64,000 bases of DNA from Mnemiopsis leidyi (lineage: Eukaryota). The notes below the pieces were generated by a model. That model was not told the origin of the DNA. It searched no databases and saw only the letters and a program-made list of their open reading frames with translations. The position numbers were made by a program, and so were the translations under genes. Shown piece after piece: positions 37,982-48,934 of this stretch. How positions within the stretch are numbered: the first letter of the stretch is position 1; each line of letters opens with the position of its first letter. The stretch lies in assembly GCA_048537945.1 (NCBI GenBank), contig CM108484.1, positions 4,210,494-4,274,493 of the forward strand, written 5' to 3'.

Positions 37982-40900
37982 GTACGTCAGTTTTTCTGTC
38001 TGTAGATTTGTCTGTTCATTTATCTGTAAATCTGTCCGTAAATCTGTCCGTGAATATGTCTGTTTGTCAGCCTATATTATTTGCTATAGGTTTGTATAAG
38101 TTTGCCTGTTCGTCGGTTTTTCTGGAGAACTTATTTGTTTTATATGATCTTTGGGAGTCAGTTCCTTCACTGAGCCAACAGTGGAATTGCAAAATTCAAA
38201 CTCTGAAAAACCTGACAATCTCCATCACTGCATCAACCTCAGGTTCCGACATGATAACTTCTGAACCTAGAAGGTGGCCCGCTGGAATATTCGGACTGCC
38301 AGAAAGAGCCGGTCTTCTTCACGACATTTCCTCCTTCGACTCCTCCTTCTTCGGAGTTAGCGCCAAACAGGGACATCAGATGGATCCTCAACTTAGAGTC
38401 TTGCTAGAAGTTGCTTACGAGGCTATCCTTGATTCGGGTAATTACGCGAGTTCTCAAAAATTAGGACGTTGCCACTAAATTCTTTCTCCTTCTATTACTA
38501 CAAACTACAAGTGCTCACTGCTCGAAAAGAATTGTAAAGCTATAAATTTGAACACAACTACGTCTGGGGAAGCAATAAGTGTGAATTATAACGAATATAC
38601 CAATAATACCCCGACAGGATACCACCCAAGTGAGTTGAAAGGGAAGAAGATAGGAGTGTACGTGGGGGGTTCCTCCTCCGAGGCGTACGACGCTTGGACC
38701 ACTGACGCAGACAGTCAGACGGGGTACGGACTGCTGGGGTGCTGTAGGTGCATGTTGGCAAACAGAGTAGCCTTCACTTTCGACTTCAGAGGACCCAGCT
38801 ACACGCTAGATACTGCATGCAGCAGCTCCATGTTCGCTCTAGATGCTGCTCACAAGAGTGTGATGCTGGGAGAGTGTGACATGGCCCTGGTGGCGGGGGT
38901 GAACCTCCTTCTCAAACCTAACTGTTCCCTCGACTTTCATAGACTCTCCATGTTGTCACAAGATGGGTCTTGCAAGGTTGGTGGAGTCACCTTAAAACTT
39001 TAAAATTGAATTTGTAGATCTGAATCCGTGCATTAGTTGTTATCTGTATCAATCAGTAACTATGTATAGTAATTATAGTAACTATGTATATTAAGGTACA
39101 TATATATATTCACCCTCCATATATGGGTATATATATACACATTTGTCAGGTGTTTGATGAAGGAGCTAACGGTTACGTAAGAGCAGAGACAGTAGCTGCA
39201 GTAATGTTATGTAGAGAGAATCTCGCAAGGAGAGCGTACGCGAGGATACTGGGTACTCGGACCAATACTGACGGGTATGATCTCTTCTGGTGATTCTCGG
39301 TTTAACCGTATCAAATTTAATGGGAGCACTAATCAAGTCTTCCACGTTTTGGGGAAAGATTATTTGGGGAGGGGTTGCAAATTTGACAGAATTGGTTGCG
39401 GAGGAGGGCTCTCAAATCACATGTAAGAAGCGGGAGAAGTAATGATTAATATGGAATATCAGATTTCTGAAAATCTATTAAGGGGTCAGAAATTGGTGAA
39501 ACCCAGCCTCAATATCTCCAGGTACAAGACCGAGGGTATAACATACCCCAACCACGAGATACAAAGCGAACTGCTCAAGGATCTGTATCAGACTGCAGGG
39601 GTATCGCCTGATGATGTGTACTATTTGGAGATGCATGGGACCGGGACACAGGTACTATAGATTTACAGTGGGACACAGGTACTATAGATTTACTGTGGGA
39701 CACAGGTACTATAGATTTACTGTGGGACACAGGTACTATAGATTTACAGTGGGACACAGGTACTATAGATTTACAGTGAGACACAGGAACTATAGATTTA
39801 CAGTGAGACACAGGTACTATAGATTTACAGTGGGACACAGGTACTATAGATTTACTTTGGGACACAGGTACTATAGATTTACTGTGGGACAGAGGTACTA
39901 TAGATTTACTGTGGGACACAGGTACTATAGATTTACTGTGGGACACAGGTACTATAGATTTACAGTGGGACACAGGTACTATAGATTTACAGTGGGACAC
40001 AGGTACTATAGATTTACTTTGGGACACAGGTACTATAGATTTACTGTGGGACACAGGTACTATAGATTTACTTTGGGACACAGGTACTATAGATTTACTG
40101 TGGGACACAGGTGGTATAGATTTACTTTGGGACACAGGTACTTTAGATTTACTGTGGGACACAGGTACTATAGATTTACTGTGGGACACAGGTACTATAT
40201 ATTTACTGTGGGACACAGGTAGTATAGATTTACTGTGGGACACAGGTACTATAGATTTACAGTGGGACACAGGTACTATAGATTTACTGTGGGACACAGG
40301 TACTATAGATTTACTGTGGGACACAGGTACTATAGATTTACAGTGGGACACAGGTACTATAGATTTACAGTGAGACACAGGAACTATAGATTTACAGTGA
40401 GACACAGGTACTATAGATTTACAGTGGGACACAGGTACTATAGATTTACTTTGGGACACAGGTACTATAGATTTACTGTGGGACAGAGGTACTATAGATT
40501 TACTGTGGGACACAGGTACTATAGATTTACTGTGGGACACAGGTACTATAGATTTACAGTGGGACACAGGTACTATAGATTTACAGTGGGACACAGGTAC
40601 TATAGATTTACTTTGGGACACAGGTACTATAGATTTACTGTGGGACACAGGTACTATAGATTTACTTTGGGACACAGGTACTATAGATTTACTGTGGGAC
40701 ACAGGTGGTATAGATTTACTTTGGGACACAGGTACTTTAGATTTACTGTGGGACACAGGTACTATAGATTTACTGTGGGACACAGGTACTATATATTTAC
40801 TGTGGGACACAGGTAGTATAGATTTACTGTGGGACACAGGTACTATAGATTTACTGTGGGACACAGGTACTATATATTTACTGTGGGACACAGGTAGTAT

Positions 40901-43900
40901 AGATTTACTGTGGGACACAGGTACTATCGATTTACTGTGGGACACAGGTACTATAGATTTACAGTGGGACACAGGTACTATAGATTTACAGTGGGACACA
41001 GGTACTATAGATTTACTTTGGGACACAGGTACTATAGATTTACTGTGGGACACAGGTACTATAGATTTACTTTGGGACACAGGTACTATAGATTTACTGT
41101 GGGACACAGGTGGTATAGATTTACTTTGGGACACAGGTACTTTAGATTTACTGTGGGACACAGGTACTATAGATTTACTGTGGGACACAGGTACTATAGA
41201 TTTACAGTGAGACACAGGAACTATAGATTTACAGTGGGACACAGGTACTATAGATTTACTGTGGGACACAGGTACTATAGATTTACTGTGGGACACAGGT
41301 ACTATCGATTTACTGTGGGACACAGGTACTATAGATTTACTGTGGGACACAGGTACTATAGATTTACAGTGGGACACAGGTACTATAGATTTACAGTGGG
41401 ACACAGGTACTATAGATTTACTGTGGGACACAGGTACTATAGATTTACAGTGGGACACAGGTACTATAGATTTACAGTGGGACACAGGTACTATAGATTT
41501 ACTTTGGGACACAGGTACTATAGATTTACTGTGGGACACAGGTACTATAGATTTACTTTGGGACACAGGTACTATAGATTTACTGTGGGACACAGGTGGT
41601 ATAGATTTACTTTGGGACACAGGTACTTTAGATTTACTGTGGGACACAGGTACTATAGATTTACTGTGGGACACAGGTACTATATATTTACTGTGGGACA
41701 CAGGTAGTATAGATTTACTGTGGGACACAGGTACTATAGATTTACTGTGGGACACAGGTACTATAGATATACTGTGGGACACAGGTAGTATAGATTTACT
41801 GTGGGACACAGGTACTATAGATTTACTGTGGGACACAGGTACTATCGATTTACTGTGGGACACAGGTACTATAGATTTACTGTGGGACACAGGTACTATA
41901 GATTTACCGTGGTTTTACCGTGGTAACTTTCCTTAAGTAAATGCCTGACTCACAAACGTCAAAGCCAAAAATCGTATTAAAAAGAAAAAAAAGAAACAAC
42001 CAGCTCAAATCACATCCCCAGGCTGGAGACACACAAGAGATGATGGGGGTTGAGAAATACTTCCTGAAGGGGGGCACCCGCCCCAAACCCCTCTACGTGG
42101 GAAGTGTGAAGAGTAACATTGGGCACAGTGAGCCGAGTAGCGGGGTAGCCGCTCTCACCAAGATACTTCTCTCTTATCACTACAAGAAGATACCTGCCAA
42201 CATCAACTTTAATAAACCAAATCCTAAGGTTTGTTTTTGCAAACTTTATTTTATCTATTCGTTGCTAAATCTTCTTTTTTGAAAAAATAACCGTACAGTT
42301 CTAAATTTAAAACTTATTGTTTTTATATTGCGGGAGAAAAATCTCCCTAGCAAATTGTAGAGTGACAAATAGCGTTTACTGTACGGTCCAGAAACACAGT
42401 TGATATCTGGGTTGAGGTTATCCGTTATTCTCACTTTTTTCTTTGACTTGTAGCAACTGATATACAGTGTCTGCAGTTGCGGGTTTTGGTCGAATATGTG
42501 AAAGAATTAGTGAGCGCTTAAACAGATTGAATGGAGTATAAACCCTATTGCATCTGTTTTCTTCACTTCTCAAGTTCTTAGTGTTAGTCCATCATTAGGC
42601 TCGCTTCCACGTCGTCCATGTAGTACCCGTATCTCCGTATTTAACATCTAGCTGATTTTGATTTAGGTCTTCAAAATTTCAAGATTTACTCACTATCTGC
42701 GAAGACCTCAACCTCTGCCAATGATAAAACTGACGTACCACCCTGTATTTGAATACTTGATCCTTTAACTGTCAGATCAGAGAAATCATAAAGATAGGTT
42801 CCTGACTGGTACGTTATCGTGCCGATAAGCTCCGCCCCATCGTAGTTTCCTCCTGTTAAGCCAACTCCCACCCAGATCTTTACTCCGTTTATTCTTTGGG
42901 GTGCATCATATCTGTTGTACACCTGAAAGTTGGAAGCCACTACACAATGTTTATAATCATTTATTGTCTATTTCAGCAGCATAAGTTGGTTCTGCTGTAC
43001 CAATTTTCACCTGCGATAAAGGTATAAATTACTCAACGCTCTTCCTCAAATTCGCATTTTTTCGTAAAACATTTTCTTCTCGAAATTCTAGTGTTGAAGG
43101 CGACGAAATATTTAATGATCGAGTCTCTTACCGTAATTTGACAAATAGCACAAACTCTCGGCAGTGTTAGCAGCCACCAGGCTGCCGGTCCTCCAGTGAT
43201 TGTATGGCTGAAGTCAAATTCGTAATGCCTGTGAGTGTTCAAAATTATGATTTTGCCGTTTGCTTGATTTTAAGGTGCCTTTTCGGTAAATAATGTTAAT
43301 GAAAATAGCTGGAAGCAAATATGTAATCCTAGGTGGTTGCTCGATGATGCTACGTAATAATCATTTCGGGCCGGAATTCGTGGATGACTGGCTTAATCGC
43401 TAATGTTTAGATTTTAAAATAAATCGAATTTCTTGAAATCAGAATCAAACTGGAGTACCTTCCATGTTTTATTCCGTCGATAGCTCTGGCAGCACTTAAG
43501 GATATGTTCTTAATGGGATCAACATACGTGTCAGTTTGTGTTGCAGTGCCTTCACGAGCAATGTTTTTCTCGGTACAAGAAGCGTTTACTCTTCCTGCAT
43601 AGATCAAATCTTAGTTTTCCAGATATTGTCATCCAAATTTTGTTTAAAATCTAGACCCAAGTTTGACTACTACTATTGCTACTACCACTATGCGTTTAGC
43701 CTGGTGAACCTAATGGAAATCCTTGCTGTACGGCATGTTAAACAAGGAATGGAGCTAAGAAGTTCCATGCAGTCCAATCTTTAGTGCAACCTTAACATTG
43801 TAGATATGTTATCATTTTGATTGCATAGCTCACCTTGAAGACCGAGGAAGAGTAGTATCAAAAGTTTATACATTGTAAAATCAGGATTATCCATTTTTCC

Positions 43901-46900
43901 TCAAACAGGGGCTATGAGATGTGTATGTAACTTTCTTTCATTTCAGTTTGATAGTTATTATTATCAAACAAAAATTTTTATATAATTAGCTGGATTCAAA
44001 TTATTGGCAGGATTCAATGCACTCAGAAATAAAACACAATGTGTAAGATGGTGTGGCCATCAATACACTGAACTAAGACTAAAACACAATGAGTAAGATG
44101 GTGTGGTCATCAATACACTGAACTAAGACTAAAACAAAATGTGTAAGATGGTGTGGTCATCAATACACTGAACTAAGACTCAAACAAAATGTGTAAGATG
44201 GTGTGGCCATCAATACACTGAACAAAGACTAAAACACGATGTGTAAGATGGTGTGGTCATAAAGGCATTGCACTAAGAAACAAAGCAAAATGTGTAAGAT
44301 CATGTATAAACAATGCACTGTACCGATTAAGTGTTCGCACTTAACCTGATTCTCCGGCACACCGTGTTATAAATGCTTTGTTCCCATTTTAAAGTGGATA
44401 ATGATATGGAGAGAGCGGGAGAAGGACCGAGGGTCAGAGAGAAAGAGGGGAAGAAAGACAGAGGGACTGTAGGACAGAGCGAAAGATGGTCAGATGAACA
44501 AAGGGAAAGGGAGACTGATTGACAGACTGACAGAGGAAGACAGAAGGGGATGACGTAGGTAGTCATCTACGCACTACAAAGCGATAAGTAGGCCGTACAG
44601 AAAAATAGAGAAATTGAAATTGAAACTCATAGCCGACGCTTGAAGGCACTATTTGGAGCCCCAAGGTAAATTCCTTATCATCGGAATCACGATCGGAGAG
44701 CATGAAACAACAATTTAAAGTTCATAATATTGCAACTTTTTCTATTATAGATCACATGACTTTGGCTTTAGATCAAATGACTGATGGTGGTAGCAATTGC
44801 TTTAGATTACTGGACTCTTTTTCGGGACCTAAACTCGGCGCTTCCTCTTTTGAATACACTGGTCGAGTACCGTCAGAAAATTGATTTCATATCTAAGGTA
44901 AGGTATCAGGTAATTCTTCCTAGATCCTGTGTTATCGGTTGTAATCCTTGGCCGAACGCAAATAAGCTTATTTCTGGGTCAGCCAGGTGGAGAGAGCGCT
45001 GTTTTCACTCTCAACATCCAGATCGAGATGTTAGAGATTCGTCTCTGAAGTATCTGACCTGTCTTATCATACCCTTCTGGTGAGTCACTCAAATCAGGGA
45101 ATTTCAAAGGGTCACTCACCTTTATCAGTAAATGGTACATATACTTCAACTTCTGCTAAACTTAGATAATCCGCGCCACCTTGAATTTGAACACTGGATC
45201 CACTAGCGTGGAGGTTAGAGAAGACATATGGGTTGGTTCCTGACTGGTACGTTATCGTGCCGATAAGCTCCGCCCCATCGTAGTTTCCTCCTGTTAAGCC
45301 AACTCCCACCCAGATCTTTACTCCGCTTAATCTTTGGGGTTGTAAGATTCTGTTGAACACCTGAAAGTGAGATCTGTACAATATATTACGTCGTGATTCG
45401 TTATTACCATTAATTAATGGTCACATACTGAATGTCTGACGCTGTTTCTTTGTTTGTATTGGACGTGGTTATAGTTGGAGGATGGAGGGGGAGGGACGTG
45501 GTAATAGTTGGAGGATGGAGGGGAGGGACGTGGTAACAGTTGGAGCATGGAGGGAGGAAGGAGGTGGTAATAGTTGCAGGATGGAAGGGGAGGGACGTGG
45601 TAATAGTTGGAGGATGGAGGAGGAAGGAGGGGGTTATAGTTGGAAAATGGAGGGAGGAAGGAGGTGGTAATAATTTGAGGACTGAGGGGGTGGGAGGTGG
45701 TAATAGTTGGAGGATGGAAGAGGAAGGAGGTGGTAATAGTTGGAGGATTAGAGGGGGTGGGAGGTGGTAATAGTTGGAGCATGGAGGGGGAGGGACGTGG
45801 TAATAGTTGGAAGATGAAGGGAGGAAGGAGGTGGTAATAGTTGGAGGATGGAAGGGGAAGGATGTGGTAATAGTTGGAAGATGGAGGGAGAGGGAGGAGG
45901 AAAGTGGTAATAGACGCAGGATGGAGGGAGGAAGGAGGTGGTTATAGTTGGAGCATGGAGGGAGGAAGGAGGTGGTAATAATTTGAGGACTGAGGGGGTG
46001 GGAGGTGGTAATAGTTGGAGGATGGAGGAGGAAGGAGGTGGTAATAGTTGGAGGATAGAGGGGGTGGGAGGTGGTAATAGTTGGAGCATGGAGGGGGAGG
46101 GAGGTGGTAATAGTTGGAGCATGGAGGGAGAGGGAGGTGGTAATATTTGAAAGATGGAGGGAGGAGGAAAGTGGTAATAGACGCAGGATGGAGGGAGGAA
46201 GGAGGTGGTTATAGTTGGAGCATGGAGGGAGGAAGGAAGTGGTAATAATTGGAGGACTGAGGGGGTGGGAGGTGGTAATAGTTGGAGGATGCAGGAGGAA
46301 GGAGGTGGTAATAGTTGGGGGATAGAGGGGGTTGGAGGTGGCATTAGTTGGAGGATAGAGGGGGTGGGAGGTGGTAATAGTTGGAGCATGGAGGGGGAGG
46401 GAGGTGGTAATAGTTGGAGCATGGAGGGAGAGGGAGGTGGTAATATTTGGAAGATGGAGGGAGGAGGAAAGTGGTAATAGACGCAGGATGGAGGGAGGAA
46501 GGAGGTGGTTATAGTTGGAGCATGGAGGGAGGAAGGAAGTGGTAATAATTGGAGGACTGAGGGGGTGGGAGGTGGTAATAGTTGGAGGATGCAGGAGGAA
46601 GGAGGTGGTAATAGTTGGGGGATAGAGGGGGTTGGAGGTGGCATTAGTTGGAGGATAGAGGGGGTGGGAGGTGTTAATAGTTGGAGCATGGAGGGGGTGG
46701 GAGGTGGTAATAGTTGGAGCATGGAGGGAGGAGGAACGTGGTAATAGTTGGAGGTGGATGGGGAAGGAGGTGGACAGGTGGTTATAGTTGGAGGATGGAG
46801 GATAGAGGGGGCGTGGTAATAGTTGGAGGATGGAGGGAGGAAGGTGGTGTTATGGTTGGAGGATAGAGGGGGTGGGAGGTGGTAATAGTTGGAGGATGGA

Positions 46901-48902
46901 AGCGGAGGGACGTGGTTATAGTTGGAGCACGGAGGGGGGAGGGACGTGGTAATAGTTGGAAGATAGATGGAGGAAGGAGGTGGTAATAGTTGGAGGATAG
47001 AGGGGGAAGGACGTGGTAATAGTTGGAGGATGGAGGGGGAAGGACGTGGTCATAGTTGGAGGATGGAGGGGGAGGGACGTGGTAATAGTTGGAGGATAGA
47101 GGGGGTGGGAGGTGGTAATAGTTGGACGATAGAGGGGGTGGGAGGTGGTAATAGTTGAAAGACGGAGGGAGGAGGAACGTGGTAATAGTTGCAGGATGGA
47201 GGGTGGAAGGAGGTGGTTATAGTTGAAGGATGGAGGGGGCGTGGTAATAGTTGCAGGATGGAGGGGGACGGACGTGGTAATAGTTGGACGATGGAGGGAG
47301 GAAGGTGGTGTTATAGTTGGCGGATGGAGGGGGAAGGACGTGGTAATAGTTGGTGGATGGAGGGGGAAGGACGTGGTAATAGTTGGAGGATGGAGGGGGA
47401 AAGACGTGGTCATAGTTGGAGGATGGAGGGGGAGGGACGTGGTAATAGTTGGAGTATAGAGAGGGAGGGACGTGGTTATAGTTGGAGGATGGAGGGGGAG
47501 GGACGTGGTAATGGTTGGAGGATTGCGGGGAGGGAGGTGGTAATAGTTGGAAGATGGAAGCGGAGGGACGTGGTAATAGTTGGATGATGGATGGAGGAAG
47601 GAGGTGGTAATAGTTGGAGGATAGAGGGGGTGGGAGGTGGTAATAGTTGGAGCATGGAGGGGGAGGGACGTGGTACTAATAGTTGGAGGATAGATGGAGG
47701 AAGGAGGTGGTAATAGTTAGAGGATGGAAGGGGAAGGAAATGGTAATAGTTGGAGGATGGAGGAGGGGAGAGGTGGTTATAGTTGGAGGATGGAGGAGGA
47801 AGGAGGTGGTAATAGTTGGAGGATTGAGGGGAGGGACATGGTAATAGTTTGAGGATGGAAGGGCAGGGAAGTGGTAATAGTTGGAGCATGGAGGGAGGAA
47901 TGAGGTGGTAATAGTTGGAGCATGGAGGGAGGAATGAGGTGGTAATATTTGGAGGATGGAAGGTGAGGGACGTGGTAATAGCTGGAGGATGGAGGAGGAA
48001 GGAGGGGGTTATAGTTGGAGCATAGGGGAGGGAAGGAGGTGGTAATAATTTGAGGACTGAGGGGGTGGGAGGTGGTAATAGTTGGAGGATAGAGGATTAG
48101 AGGAGGTGGGAGGCGGTAATAGCTGGAGGATGGAGAGGGAAGAAGGTGATAATGGTTGGTGGATGGAGGGAGGAAGGAGGTGGTTATATTTAGAGGATGG
48201 AGGAGGAACTGAAGAAGGGAGCATGGAGTATGTGTGGAGGGAGTGTGATTAACCGGCTGGAGGTCAGGGCCCATGCTACCTAGCTAGATATCATGGATAT
48301 AAGGGATTAAGGGATGCTCATTTACAATACAACCTTTTCGCTTCGTCAAATTCGCTGGGTTGGCATAGATTTTCGTTTTTTTGTCTTGATTTGGGAGTTT
48401 TTGTTTTGTTTTTTGTGCTATTGTGTCTAGGAAGAAGTTGATACGAGACTCCTAAAAAGTTTTAAAGAACGGATAAACAAAAAAAATCGCGACACCAAAA
48501 TTGTTGGTTTGGTATTGGTTTACTGGTAAACGACCCCCATGAGTTTTTGCTACTCTTCAATAAAATTCTATTTTGTACCTTAATTTGACGGATAGGGTAA
48601 ACTGTCGGTAGTGTGAGTAGCCACCAAGCAGTTGATCCTGTCGTTTTTGTATGGGTAAAATCCACTTCTCCATTTATATCTCTGAGACAATTGGATGCTT
48701 TACTTTCAGCCGATTTAAACTCAACAGACCGATTTTGCTAAAGGCATTGATGAAGGTTAACGATTAGCGATTGAAATTAATTGCCATAGCAGTTAGAAAT
48801 GTTCGCTTTTTATTTGACCGGCTCACAGATTTACCTATGCTATATAAAAAATACAAATCGTAATGAAGTCAAAATTATCTTTCATACTATTATTATTAAC
48901 CT

Positions 48903-48934
<32 letters not shown>

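Noticed and set aside
39575-41890. 771-aa minus-strand ORF encoding (VSHSKSIVP)n, and + strand ORFs encoding (GHRYYRFTV)n
   Set aside because: They are open only because a 27-bp unit (a multiple of 3) lacks stop codons in those frames. They are pure tandem-repeat artifacts inside a FAS intron.
39643-48250. Possibility of CRISPR-like arrays (regular short repeats)
   Set aside because: The units are directly tandem without unique spacers, and the context is eukaryotic and intronic. These are minisatellites, not CRISPR.
45414-48274. Long minus-strand Pro/Thr/Ser-rich ORFs (mucin-like) across the GGAGG minisatellite
   Set aside because: The C/T-rich complement of a G/A-rich repeat cannot form stop codons. 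As coding sequence it would split an F-lectin fold between exons b and c. It is treated as intronic.
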